This document shows positions 1 to 10,030 of a stretch of DNA of 64,000 nt, in pieces. This stretch comes from Emticicia sp. (GTDB lineage: Bacteria; Bacteroidota; Bacteroidia; Cytophagales; Spirosomataceae), in contig NZ_JBMLRC010000020.1 of the NCBI RefSeq assembly GCF_049241225.1, positions 7,259 to 71,258 of the forward strand. Reading direction: 5' to 3'. Position numbers and translations under genes: made by a program. Within the stretch, counting starts at the first letter, position 1. Each line of letters begins with the position of its first letter. Under the pieces are notes generated by a model, which had not been told where the DNA came from, ran no database searches, and worked only from the letters and a program-made list of their open reading frames with translations.

Positions 1-1078
1 AAATCATTACACCCTCCAATTCACGTACGTTTGTATCGATACTGTGAGCCAAATATTCAATCACTTCATAAGCAATTTGAATACCTTCAGCTTGGACTTT
101 TTTCTGAATGATTGCGATACGTGTCTCTAAGTCAGGCGTTTGTAAATCGGCAGTTAAGCCCCACTTAAAGCGTGATAAAAGACGGTCTTCAACACCTTCT
201 AATTCTCTTGGTGGGCGGTCAGAAGTCATGACTATCTGGCGGCCAGATTGGTGAAGGTGATTGAATATATGAAAGAAAGTTTCTTGGGTTTTTTCTTTTC
301 CTGATAAAAACTGTACGTCATCAATAATCAGAATATCAATTTGCATATAGAAATTCATGAAATCTTGCAGACTGTTATTCTTGATGGCGTTGATAAATTG
401 ACTCGTAAATTTTTCAGACGAAACATAAAGCACAAATTTTCCGCCCGCTTTATTTTTCATAAAATTTCCGATGGCTTGCACCAAGTGGGTCTTTCCAAGA
501 CCAACTCCTCCATAAATCATCAATGGATTAAATGACGTAACTCCTGGTTTTGATGCAACCGCAAAACCCGCCGCTCTCGCCAAACGATTACAATCACCTT
601 CCACAAAATTATCAAAAGTATAATTTGGGTTAAGGTAAGAATCAAGGCTTAGCGAATCCAAATCCTTCATCTGAAAAGGATTTTTCACAACATCGGCATT
701 ATGATTATCAGGCTTGGCATATTGCGGACTATGCACTGGTGGCATATTCACGGCAATTTGTGGCTCGTTTTTCTGACGATTTCCACTATCCACTACAATC
801 GAATATTCAAGCATTCCATCCCGACCGATGGCATAATCTAAAGATTTTCGTAGTAAATGTACATAATTTTCCTCAAGCCACTCGTAGAAGAATTGGCTTG
901 GCACTTGGATAGTCAGTTTTTTCCCTTCTAATTTAGCGGGTACTATCGGTTCGAACCAAGTTTTATAACTTTGTTCGGAGATACTTTCCCGTATCATTTT
1001 AAGGCAATTCTGCCACACTATGTCCACCTCACGTTGCAATGTTATATTGGAGTTTTTTGGAGTTTCTAAAACGGTCAT
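1..1078 (-). CDS. dnaA: Chromosomal replication initiator DnaA (3' end runs off the window)
   Basis: Not in the ORF track. Manual minus-strand translation from ATG at 1078 gives MTVLETPK...VWQNCLKMIRESISEQSYKTWFEPI, then FNPLMIYGGVGLGKTHL (Walker A), LIIDDVQF (Walker B) and RLLSRFKWGL. Confidence 0.97.
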   Translation of the reverse strand, partial: MTVLETPKNSNITLQREVDIVWQNCLKMIRESISEQSYKTWFEPIVPAKLEGKKLTIQVPSQFFYEWLEENYVHLLRKSLDYAIGRDGMLEYSIVVDSGNRQKNEPQIAVNMPPVHSPQYAKPDNHNADVVKNPFQMKDLDSLSLDSYLNPNYTFDNFVEGDCNRLARAAGFAVASKPGVTSFNPLMIYGGVGLGKTHLVQAIGNFMKNKAGGKFVLYVSSEKFTSQFINAIKNNSLQDFMNFYMQIDILIIDDVQFLSGKEKTQETFFHIFNHLHQSGRQIVMTSDRPPRELEGVEDRLLSRFKWGLTADLQTPDLETRIAIIQKKVQAEGIQIAYEVIEYLAHSIDTNVRELEGVMI

Positions 1079-1103
1079 TTTTTAGTCAAAATCAAAAGGG
1101 TTG

Positions 1104-1111
1104 CAAAGATA
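1104..1111 (-). promoter_or_regulatory. Bacteroidota primary-sigma -7 box (TATCTTTG) for dnaA
   Basis: Exact TAnnTTTG match about 25 nt upstream of the dnaA ATG. Confidence 0.55.
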
Positions 1112-1282
1112 ACAAAAAAATCGACCTAACCGAGTGGTGAATTTTGAGATTTTTAATCTATTTTCAAAGTATTTACTAAACTAAATTTTTCCAAATAAAA
1201 TTTGCCTAATAAAAGTACAAAGCTTATTTTTACATTTGTCAGAGTACAACAAATATAATCTTAGAAAAATACAATTTCACTT

Positions 1283-2656
1283 ATGAACACTTCTCTCTTC
1301 TCTGAGTTTCCTAAAATCACAAAAAGTGATTGGATTACTCAAGTTACTAAAGATTTAAAAGGAAAAAGTTTTGATGAAACCCTCGTTTGGCAAACACTCG
1401 AAAATTTTGAAGTACAACCTTACTATTCGGAAGAAGACCTTCGTAATTTACCAATTGCCAATATTCAGGCGGCTCAAAAAAATAAAAATTCAGGAAGTTG
1501 GCAAAATCGTGCTTACATAAAGTATAACACCGAGAAGGAAGTTAATGTTTTAATTATCAGTTATTTACAAAGAGGTATGTCGGCAGTTGTGATTGATTTT
1601 GAAAATACTGATGTCGAGAAAGTAGATTGGGTGAAATTGCTAAATAACGTTAAATTGAGTGATAATCCTGTATTTTTCAAGACTCCCTACCGAGAGCAAG
1701 CCTTAGATCAACTTACAAAAATTGTCCATTATTTACCCAAAGGAGGTTTTCAGGTAGATGTATTGGCGGAGTTGTTTTTGAATGATGAGCCAACATTAAG
1801 TAATTATACTTGGGAAAATACAAAACAAATACTCAGTAAAACACATCAGTTTCCTCAATTTTCTGCCTTTACAGTCGAGTCTCACGTATTTCATAATGCA
1901 GGAGCTAATACCGTACAAGAATTAGCCTTCACGCTCGCCTCAGCGGTAGAGTACGTTGATAAATTAACCGATTTAGGCTTAACTCCCGAGCAAGTTATTT
2001 CAAAGTTTGAGTTCTCGATTTCGATTGGTACAAATTATTTTATGGAAGTGGCTAAACTAAGAGCTTTGCGTTATTTGTGGAGTAAAGTATTAGAAGCCTA
2101 CAACTGTGCGTCACTTATCAAGGATTGCCAAATTCATTGCCAAACGTCGAGTTTTTATAATTCAACGCTCAGTCCATATACTAATATGTTGCGGGCCACA
2201 ACCGAAGCCATGTCGGCAGTTATGGGTGGTTGTGACTCATTGACTATCAGTGCTTATGATGCCGTTTTAAACAATGAGCTTAGCTCTGATTTCGGCGAAC
2301 GTATTGCTCAGAATATGGCTATATTGATGAAAGAAGAAGCACATCTCGATAAAACCATTGACCCTTCGGCAGGTTCGTATTATATCGAAAACCTAACTTA
2401 TCAACTGGCAACCGAAGCTTGGGAGATGTTTCAGAAAGTTGAACGTTTGGGTGGTATCACGGCAGCTTTTGAGCAAGGTTTTGTACAAGAAGAAGTTAAT
2501 AAATCGTATGAGGCGAATGTAAATCGATTGAAAGGAGGTAAAGTTATGGTTGGCGTAAATAAGTTTAGAGTTGAGCCAGAAAATACTTTGCCTAAAACTG
2601 AAAAAGCAAATACCAATAAATTACAAAATAGAAGACTTTCGGCAGTTTTTGAATAG
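1283..2656 (+). CDS. Methylmalonyl-CoA mutase family protein (small/beta subunit-like)
   Basis: FHNAGANTVQELAF, NYFMEVAKLRALR, NMLRATTEAMSAVMGG, DPSAGSYYIE and VGVNKF. No C-terminal B12-binding domain. A TACATTTG promoter box lies at 1231-1238. Confidence 0.9.
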   Translation: MNTSLFSEFPKITKSDWITQVTKDLKGKSFDETLVWQTLENFEVQPYYSEEDLRNLPIANIQAAQKNKNSGSWQNRAYIKYNTEKEVNVLIISYLQRGMSAVVIDFENTDVEKVDWVKLLNNVKLSDNPVFFKTPYREQALDQLTKIVHYLPKGGFQVDVLAELFLNDEPTLSNYTWENTKQILSKTHQFPQFSAFTVESHVFHNAGANTVQELAFTLASAVEYVDKLTDLGLTPEQVISKFEFSISIGTNYFMEVAKLRALRYLWSKVLEAYNCASLIKDCQIHCQTSSFYNSTLSPYTNMLRATTEAMSAVMGGCDSLTISAYDAVLNNELSSDFGERIAQNMAILMKEEAHLDKTIDPSAGSYYIENLTYQLATEAWEMFQKVERLGGITAAFEQGFVQEEVNKSYEANVNRLKGGKVMVGVNKFRVEPENTLPKTEKANTNKLQNRRLSAVFE

Positions 2657-2719
2657 AAACTTCAAAAGTCGGGCAAAACTTTGCCGACTTTTGTTGCCAT
2701 CAATTAAATTAGAATAGTT

Positions 2720-3850
2720 TTGAAAATCCTGCTTGCTCCCGATAAATTCAGAGGTTCGTTAGATGCACCACAAGTTTGCGAAGCCATGGCCGAAGGTATT
2801 CGTATGGTTTCACCAGCAATCGAAGTGGTTAGTTTACCGATGGCAGATGGGGGAGAAGGTACACTCGATTTACTATTATGGTATTCAGGAGGAAAAAAAC
2901 AAATCGCTAAAGTTCAAGACCCACTCGGGCGAATTATTGAAGCCGAGTACGGTATTTCGGCCGATGGAAAGACCGCATTTATCGAAATGGCCATGGCTTC
3001 TGGCTTACGTTTATTAAAAGCAGACGAACGAAATCCTTTAAAAACTTCTACCTTTGGAACTGGGGAATTAATCAAAACAGTTGTAGCGTTAGGCGTAGAA
3101 AACATCATTTTAGGAATTGGTGGAAGTGCCACAACCGATGCAGGAATTGGTATGGCAGCTGCCCTTGGTTGGAAGTTTTTAGATGAAAATGGTCAAGAAT
3201 TAAATCCAATCGGAGAAAATCTCTTAAAAGTAAAAAAAATACAGCCACCAATAAGTAGTAACCAGTTTCCGGTTTTAATTACTGTTGCTTGTGATGTAAC
3301 AAATCCACTCTTTGGCGAAAATGGAGCTGCATATATTTATGGTCCACAAAAAGGGGCTGACAAAGAGGCCGTTGAGCTTTTAGACAAAGGACTACAAAAT
3401 ATTGCTGAGATTTTCACTAAAGATTTTGGTAAAGATTACGCTCAAATTGCAGGAACTGGGGCTGCAGGAGGCTTAGGTTTTGGACTGATGGCTTTTATGA
3501 ATGCCGAATTAAAAGAAGGCGTGAAGTTATTAATGGATTTTTGTGCTTTCGAAGAAAATCTAAAAAATGTAAACCTTATTATTACTGGAGAAGGTAAAAT
3601 TGATAATCAAACCCTTCAAGGTAAACTCATCAAAGGTATTACAGACCTAGCTACTCATGCCCAAATTCCGATTGCAGCCATCTGTGGCACGCTCGATGTT
3701 TCGCCAAAAGAGCTGCAAGAAATAGGTATCAATTATGCTACTTCAATCTTAAATCGCCCCATGAATTTGGATGATGCTTTAAAATATGGTCACGAAGGTG
3801 TGCGAAATGCCACATTTTATTTGGTAAATTTGCTGCATAAATCATCTTAG
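2720..3850 (+). CDS. Glycerate kinase (GlxK/GarK family)
   Basis: APDKFRGSL, PMADGGEGT, GIGGSATTDAGIG, GPQKGA and ITGEGKID motifs. Confidence 0.95.
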   Translation: MKILLAPDKFRGSLDAPQVCEAMAEGIRMVSPAIEVVSLPMADGGEGTLDLLLWYSGGKKQIAKVQDPLGRIIEAEYGISADGKTAFIEMAMASGLRLLKADERNPLKTSTFGTGELIKTVVALGVENIILGIGGSATTDAGIGMAAALGWKFLDENGQELNPIGENLLKVKKIQPPISSNQFPVLITVACDVTNPLFGENGAAYIYGPQKGADKEAVELLDKGLQNIAEIFTKDFGKDYAQIAGTGAAGGLGFGLMAFMNAELKEGVKLLMDFCAFEENLKNVNLIITGEGKIDNQTLQGKLIKGITDLATHAQIPIAAICGTLDVSPKELQEIGINYATSILNRPMNLDDALKYGHEGVRNATFYLVNLLHKSS

Positions 3851-3882
3851 AAAATAAGAACACCCCTTTAGGGGTTGGGGGT

Positions 3883-4755
3883 ATGAAAATAACAGGTTTT
3901 ACAATAATCCGAAATGCCATTAAGTACGATTATCCAGTTGTAGAGGCAATTACTTCGATTTTGCCAGTATGTGATGAGTTTGTTGTTGCGGTTGGAAATT
4001 CAGAAGATGGAACTTTGGATTTAATAAAATCAATCAATTCAGATAAAATTCGCATCATCGAAACCATTTGGGATGATTCTTTGCGTAAAGATGGCAGAGT
4101 TTTAGCCATTGAAACCGATAAAGCTCTGGCCGCCGTAAGTGATGATACAACGTGGGCATTTTATATCCAAAGTGATGAAGTTGTGCATGAAAAATATCAT
4201 CAAAACATTAAAGATGCCATGCTGGCTTACAAAGATGACCTTTCGGTGGAAGGCTTACTTTTTAAATATACACATTTCTATGGCTCTTATAAGTATGTAG
4301 CCGATTCCAGAAAGTGGTATCGAAATGAAATCAGGGTAATTCGTCATACAAAAAAGGTTGTGTCTTATCGAGATGCTCAAGGGTTCCGAAAAAATGATAA
4401 CACCAAGCTGAAAGTTAAGCCAATCGAAGCGTACATTTATCATTATGGTTGGGTTAAACCTCCTACTAAAATGACCGAAAAAGTGAGGGGTTTATCATAT
4501 TTCTGGCATACAGACAAAGAACTTGACCAACAACAACCCGCTAATGTTGAATTCGATTACTCAGGAATTGATTCATTGACGCTTTTTGATGGAACTCACC
4601 CCAAAGTTATCCAACCACGTATCGAACGCATGAACTGGGCTTTCGATTTTGATATTCATCAAAAAAAATATTCGTTCAAAAATCGTGTATTGATGAAACT
4701 CGAACAACTAACAGGCTGGCGAATAGGAGAGTATAAAAACTATATCAAGATTTAG
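3883..4755 (+). CDS. Glycosyltransferase family 2-like protein
   Basis: GFTIIRNA, VGNSEDGT, YIQSDE and IYHYGWV motifs of a GT-A fold. Confidence 0.8.
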   Translation: MKITGFTIIRNAIKYDYPVVEAITSILPVCDEFVVAVGNSEDGTLDLIKSINSDKIRIIETIWDDSLRKDGRVLAIETDKALAAVSDDTTWAFYIQSDEVVHEKYHQNIKDAMLAYKDDLSVEGLLFKYTHFYGSYKYVADSRKWYRNEIRVIRHTKKVVSYRDAQGFRKNDNTKLKVKPIEAYIYHYGWVKPPTKMTEKVRGLSYFWHTDKELDQQQPANVEFDYSGIDSLTLFDGTHPKVIQPRIERMNWAFDFDIHQKKYSFKNRVLMKLEQLTGWRIGEYKNYIKI

Positions 4756-4867
4756 AGATTGGTTATTGGTGTACTGATTATTGAGATGATAAAGGTAAAT
4801 TAACCAATTTTCAAATTCATTAATAATAAATATTACGCTACACTAATAACAAATACACCAATAATGT

Positions 4868-5065
4868 ATGAAAGACAAACAAAACTGGCTTGTATTTACC
4901 CAAATTGGCCTCCAAATGGCCTTAACGATTGGACTTGGTACATGGGCTGGCTATTGGCTTGATGGCAAAATGGCCAACAGAAATCCCATAGCCACACTCA
5001 TCTGTTCATTAATTTCTATTGCTACTGCCTTATACAACGTCATAAGGCAACTTCCTAAATATTAA
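4868..5065 (+). CDS. AtpZ/AtpI (ATPase gene-1) family small membrane protein
   Basis: Two TM helices with GLQMALTI...GYWLD, at the head of the atp operon. Confidence 0.85.
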   Translation: MKDKQNWLVFTQIGLQMALTIGLGTWAGYWLDGKMANRNPIATLICSLISIATALYNVIRQLPKY

Positions 5066-5075
5066 ACTCCTCAAA

Positions 5076-5444
5076 ATGTTACGTACAATCATTTTTACAT
5101 CTTTTTTTGTAATTGTATTTTTTTTAGCCAAATATTTTGCGATCGATACATTTCTGCATTCAAAAAGGTGGTTAATACTTGGTTTTTTTGTAGCTTTCTC
5201 TTTTCTTATGCATCGCTTAATCGATATGGGTTTGCAGGGAAAAGATAAAAATATCATTATGTTTTACCTAGCTGCAACTGTTTTACGCCTAATTCTAAGT
5301 TTAGGATTCATCGGTTTTGAGCTTTACAGAGGCTTACAGCAACAAGAATTATTTATTTTAAACTTTTTTGTACTATATTTATTTTATACAGTGTTTGAGA
5401 TTTGGAATTTAAGTAGTAACTTGCGGCAAAATTCAGGAAAGTGA
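5076..5444 (+). CDS. AtpI-like 4-TM membrane protein
   Basis: Four hydrophobic segments, FFVLYLFYTVFE, directly before atpB. Confidence 0.7.
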   Translation: MLRTIIFTSFFVIVFFLAKYFAIDTFLHSKRWLILGFFVAFSFLMHRLIDMGLQGKDKNIIMFYLAATVLRLILSLGFIGFELYRGLQQQELFILNFFVLYLFYTVFEIWNLSSNLRQNSGK

Positions 5445-5482
5445 TGAATTCACTATTAATTGACCGAATAATTACAGAAAAT

Positions 5483-6547
5483 ATGTTGCGTAAGATTACA
5501 ACAAAACTCCTACTCGTTTTATCATTATCGTTATTTTCGATAAACTTCGTATCAGCACAAGAAGGTCACGAAGCTCATCATGAAAGCCACGAAACCACAA
5601 ATCACGAAGAAGAAAAATTTGACATCGGTAAGATGATTATGCACCACATTGCCGATTCTCACGAGTGGGAATTTGCCCATGGTCTTACTTTACCGCTGCC
5701 AGTTATAATTTACACCAAGCAATATGGACTTGAAATTTTCTCTTCAAAAAGATTTGCAGAAGGTAACGGTGTTTATAATGGCTACATTAATAATCATGAT
5801 CATATTTATCGTTTGAATCCACAAGGAGGAATTGATGAAGAAGTTCACGTTTGGGATTTGTCGATCACTAAAAACGTGGCATCAATGATATTAAGTGCAA
5901 TTATCTTGATTACTTTGATGTCAACTGTTGCTAAAAGTTTTGGCAAAAACCGTGGCAAAGCTCCAAAAGGTATTCAATCATTTCTCGAGCCAATTATTAT
6001 ATACATCCGTGATGAGGTTGTTAAACCAAATATTGGCCCAAGATACGAAAAATACCTGCCTTATTTATTGACTTTGTTTTTCTTTATCCTTATCAATAAT
6101 TTGTTAGGACTTGTACCAGGTGGTGCTAACCTCACAGGAAATATCAGTATCACGCTCTTCTTGGCTGTAATTACGTTCTTTATTACTCATGCAAACGCTA
6201 ATAAGCACTACTGGTTACACTTAGTTAAACCAGAGGGTGTACCAGTTGCGATGTTGCCATTGATGTGGGTAGTTGAAATTGCAGGTGTTTTCATGAAGCC
6301 AATGTCTCTTACAATTCGTCTATTTGCAAATATTACTGCCGGTCACATCATTATCTTAAGTTTGCTTGGATTAATTTTTATTTTCAAAAGCTTAGCTGTT
6401 GGTGGAATCGTAACCCTATTTACGTTATTCATGAATACCATTGAATTAATGGTAGCGTTTTTACAAGCCTTTATATTTACATTACTTTCGTCAATGTACA
6501 TTGGCAGTGCCATCGAAGAGCATCACGATGCCGATCATGGACATTGA
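5483..6547 (+). CDS. atpB: F0 ATP synthase subunit a
   Basis: KPMSLTIRLFANITAGH and LQAFIFTLL. Signal-like N-terminus followed by a His-rich stretch. Start moved to ATG 5483. Confidence 0.97.
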   Translation: MLRKITTKLLLVLSLSLFSINFVSAQEGHEAHHESHETTNHEEEKFDIGKMIMHHIADSHEWEFAHGLTLPLPVIIYTKQYGLEIFSSKRFAEGNGVYNGYINNHDHIYRLNPQGGIDEEVHVWDLSITKNVASMILSAIILITLMSTVAKSFGKNRGKAPKGIQSFLEPIIIYIRDEVVKPNIGPRYEKYLPYLLTLFFFILINNLLGLVPGGANLTGNISITLFLAVITFFITHANANKHYWLHLVKPEGVPVAMLPLMWVVEIAGVFMKPMSLTIRLFANITAGHIIILSLLGLIFIFKSLAVGGIVTLFTLFMNTIELMVAFLQAFIFTLLSSMYIGSAIEEHHDADHGH

Positions 6548-6593
6548 TTTTAGTCCACAGATGATACAAGTTTTTTTAGCTATCGTCTATTGA

Positions 6594-6911
<318 letters not shown>

Positions 6912-7146
6912 GAGTCAACCAAGCGGTCTTTGAAATTTTTAGATTGAAAACCTGCTCCGTTCGCATTAGGCGTCGGTGCAGGTTTCAAGTATTGTACAAA
7001 CAAGTTTACTAAATAAGAAATTGAAACTGTCTTCCTCTGCCAGCATTTCGCTGAAAAACAGGCTAATTAGTGCCGTTCCTGTAGAGTTTGGGCAGATTTC
7101 ATCAATAGTTTTTAAATATTATTAATTTTTATAATTTTATAATAAA

Positions 7147-7641
7147 ATGGAATTGCTAACCCCTGCCATTGGCCTTTTATTTTGGATGGCATTAGTTTTC
7201 GGAATCTTAGTATTCGTTTTGAAGAAATTTGCTTGGAAACCTATCCTTTCATCTTTAAAAGAACGTGAAGATTCAATAGAATCAGCCCTTCGTATGGCCG
7301 AAGAGACACGTGCCGAAATGGCAAAATTAAAGGCTGATAACGATAAAATTTTAGCTGAAGCTCGTGCAGAACGCGATAATGTAATTCGACTTGGTAAAGA
7401 AGCTGCTGATAAGTTGATTGCTGAAGCCAAAGAAAGAGCAGTAGTTGAAGGAAATAAAATTATTGCCGATGCTCGTGAAGCTATTCAACAAGAGAAAATA
7501 GCTATGCTTGCTCAAATGAAGAAAGATATGGCTAGTTTTTCGATTGAAATAGCAGAGAAAGTGATTCGTCGAGAATTAGCAGATAAAACTTCACAAGAGG
7601 CATTGGTATCTACTTTGATTGCTGATGCAAATCTTAATTAA
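7147..7641 (+). CDS. atpF: F0 ATP synthase subunit b
   Basis: N-terminal TM ending KKFAWKPI, followed by a long coiled coil. Confidence 0.96.
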   Translation: MELLTPAIGLLFWMALVFGILVFVLKKFAWKPILSSLKEREDSIESALRMAEETRAEMAKLKADNDKILAEARAERDNVIRLGKEAADKLIAEAKERAVVEGNKIIADAREAIQQEKIAMLAQMKKDMASFSIEIAEKVIRRELADKTSQEALVSTLIADANLN

Positions 7642-7766
7642 TCTGTCGATTAGATAGACTAAATAAGTTTAGTAAATTTCTTTAATGGCAGCCATTGCAT
7701 TATCTTCTAGGATATCCAATATTTTGCGAAGTAGATGCAAAGATTTGCAAAAAATATTATACAAAA

Positions 7767-7799
7767 TTTGTTTTATTGAACCACTCGGTTGTATTTTTG
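7767..7799 (+). promoter_or_regulatory. Internal promoter upstream of atpH (TTTG-N21-TATTTTTG)
   Basis: TTTG at 7767-7770 and TAnnTTTG at 7792-7799, with Bacteroidota-type spacing. Confidence 0.5.
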
Positions 7800-7844
7800 C
7801 TTAGTTCTAAGCTGTAAAGCAACCAAGAATTCGCTCAAAATACA

Positions 7845-8378
7845 ATGGCAGACTCAATAGTTGCTTATAGATACGCTAAATCGTTATTCGATTTAGCAAC
7901 AGAGAAAAATGTTGTTAGTGAAGTAAACAATGACATGTCTTTGTTTAAAACAGTTTGTGATGAAAATCGTCAGTTTTTAGTGGTAATGGGTAATCCAATT
8001 GTACGTCACCACACAAAATTAGGAATTTTGAAAAAAACTTTCGAAAAAAACGTACATCCTGTGACTTTCTCAATTTTCAACGTCTTAACTAAGAAGAACA
8101 GAGAAAATCTGATTTATTCAATAGCTGAAGAGTTCGACAAATTGTACAATCAGCAGCAAGGTATACAGAAAGTTACAGTGACTACTGTCTCACCTCTGAC
8201 TGAAGTTCAGAGAACTGAATTTACAAAAATTGTTAGTAGTGCAACTGGTAAGAAAGTTGTATTGGAAGAGAAAGTAAATACCAATCTGATTGGTGGATAT
8301 ATACTAAGCGTAGGCGATACACAAATCGATACCTCAGTTAGAAAGAAATTAAACGAGTTGAAACTTGCATTAGCTTAA
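7845..8378 (+). CDS. atpH: F1 ATP synthase subunit delta
   Basis: AYRYAKSLF at the start and LIGGYILSVGDTQIDTS at the end. Confidence 0.96.
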   Translation: MADSIVAYRYAKSLFDLATEKNVVSEVNNDMSLFKTVCDENRQFLVVMGNPIVRHHTKLGILKKTFEKNVHPVTFSIFNVLTKKNRENLIYSIAEEFDKLYNQQQGIQKVTVTTVSPLTEVQRTEFTKIVSSATGKKVVLEEKVNTNLIGGYILSVGDTQIDTSVRKKLNELKLALA

Positions 8379-8433
8379 ATTTCTGTAAGTCATTTCAATT
8401 TAAAATATTAGTTTTCATGGCTATAAAGTTGAG

Positions 8434-8468
8434 AAATCCCCCGCCCTTTAGGTGGGGTTTTTTCTTTT
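8434..8468 (+). terminator. Intrinsic terminator after atpH
   Basis: GC-rich hairpin (aaatcccccgccc-ttta-ggtggggttt) followed by a T-tract. Confidence 0.7.
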
Positions 8469-8473
8469 ATGTG

Positions 8474-9877
8474 GGTCTGGTTTAAAGCATTAAAAAAAAG
8501 TAAGCGGGGTCGGTCTAAAGAGTTGTAGTGTGGCAAAATAATTTCAATCTTTGCTAAGAAACATGTTTTTTTGAAAAACCAATTATATAACCCCGATGGA
8601 TAGTTTGATCTCAAAGTTTGGAATGACACATATTTGATGAGATTAAAATACAAAATTTTTCTATCAGATGACTCAAGTTTTTAAGAAATTAATCGACACT
8701 GATGGCATAGCCGTACCTTCAGTAAAGTATAATTCAAGAACTGAGATTTGGTAGCAGTATTCGAATGGCAAACGTGTTTGCACCTTTTTAAAAGAGATTA
8801 GTTAATTCGAATACTATATATCGTAGGTTACTTTAGAACGATTAGTAAAAGACTACAAGAGAAATAAGTTTTTTTAACTTGGACTCAACTTCTTTTTCTT
8901 CGTAATATTAGTAAATGTATATCTATCGATGAGGCTTGTTAATGCGATAGAGAACTTATATGTAATGCTTACAAACAACGCCGCAAAGGGTAGGAAAGGT
9001 GGCATTATGGCAATCAAATAATAGGTACAAAGGCGAGCTAGTGACTAATGTGCCAAAGAAAACTCCAGTTAATCTGCATATAAGAGTCAGAGAAAATACC
9101 TTACAAATGGCAGCAAAAATAGAGTTTTAGCCGGTCGAAAGAACTTGCCCCAAAATTATAGGTTCCACGTTAAGAAATTGGCTACAGAAGCCTTATAGCA
9201 AATTAGAATCAAATACAGATTTGATGGCTTATATGTAGAAAGTGATGTCATTGAATTGGGTAAGAAAACCGATACTGATTATATTCCTAAAATATTTCTC
9301 AATGGAAGTATAGAGTTAATTCGATAGTATTTATTAAATAAAAAAGAGAAAGGCTAGATGGAAAATCAGAAACAAAGAGTCATTTTCTTATTAGGCCTGT
9401 ACCTAATTGTTAAATAGTCGTATGACTTAACGATGAGACTCTCCCACGGATATCATTAAAATAAACTATATGGCTTAAATAAGACCTGGCTAAATGGCAA
9501 GAAAAAATTTAGATAGGAGGGTTTTAAAACATTCAATACAGTAGTCTTCTCAATTCTAAATTATTAACTTCTTTAAGAACAGTATTAAAGGCTTTCCTTG
9601 AGTCTTTAATACCAAGAATCAAGCAATCAATAGCTAATTATGAGAGGTAGATAAATCCCGCTCATTTTATATGGATTCACTCAAATATATCCTAAAGAAT
9701 GTTTACTCAACAAGTTTTATTCCTAATCACCCACCACTTCCGGTTGACTTAACATAGTCTTTCAGAAACCAGTTTAGATGGGTACGGAATGTTATCGTTT
9801 TTCTATTTAGGGTATCAAAAATTTATTCCTAATCACCCACCACTTCCGGTTGACCCCCAACTTTCCTGCTTGATCCC
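8474..9877 (+). mobile_element. Decayed ISL3-family (ISAon1-type) insertion sequence with stacked termini
   Basis: Frame-broken fragments resemble both ISAon1-type ORFs: RMANVFAPFLKEIS*, ISIDE..ELY..LTNNAAKGRKGGI, LAKWQEK..GFKTFNTV and FRNQFRWVRNVIVFLFRVSKIYS*. The termini read GGGTC on the left and GACCCC/GATCCC on the right. The flanks tttatgtg and cttatgta may be a degenerate 8-bp target duplication. Confidence 0.8.
9716..9854 (+). repeat. Exact 33-bp direct repeat (9716-9748 and 9822-9854), a duplicated IS right end
   Basis: tttattcctaatcacccaccacttccggttgac occurs twice. The 73 nt between the copies encode a transposase C-terminus. Confidence 0.9.
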
Positions 9878-9913
9878 TTATGTACACTTTTTCAGAATCA
9901 GAATTTTGACAAT

Positions 9914-9950
9914 AAAAAAAGCCTTATAATCTATTGACTATAAGGCTTTT
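9914..9950 (-). terminator. Terminator downstream of tRNA-Asn
   Basis: aaaagccttata...tataaggctttt hairpin with an A-tract on its left. Confidence 0.75.
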
Positions 9951-9956
9951 AGCTTG

Positions 9957-10030
9957 CTCCCGAAGCTGGGCTCGAACCAGCGACCCTCTGATTAACAGTC
10001 AGATGCTCTAACCGACTGAGCTATTCGGGA
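9957..10030 (-). tRNA. tRNA-Asn(GTT)
   Basis: Reverse complement TCCCGAATAGCTCAGTCGGTTAGAGCATCTGACTGTTAATCAGAGGGTCGCTGGTTCGAGCCCAGCTTCGGGAG folds into a cloverleaf. CCA is not encoded. Promoter TTG-N20-TACCTTTG at 10085-10115. Confidence 0.97.

Noticed and set aside
341-535. 64-aa plus-strand ORF
   Set aside because: Antisense shadow of dnaA.
1079-1282. oriC upstream of dnaA
   Set aside because: No TTATCCACA-type DnaA boxes were found by eye. The gap is explained by two divergent promoters.
3861-3882. G-rich ccccttt-aggggttggggg motif as a special regulatory element
   Set aside because: A single short palindromic copy that probably belongs to a dispersed intergenic repeat. There is too little evidence for a function.
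7722-7752. ScfR/PccR-type TTTGCAAA operator before atpH
   Set aside because: Three TGC(A/G)AA half-sites are present, but the spacing is irregular and such words are common in AT-rich DNA.
8408-8653. 81-aa minus-strand ORF
   Set aside because: It crosses the atpH terminator and the IS left end and has no recognisable protein features.
9716-9854. Mini-CRISPR array suggested by the 33-bp direct repeats
   Set aside because: Only two copies, no cas genes, and the 73-nt spacer encodes a transposase C-terminus. These are IS ends.
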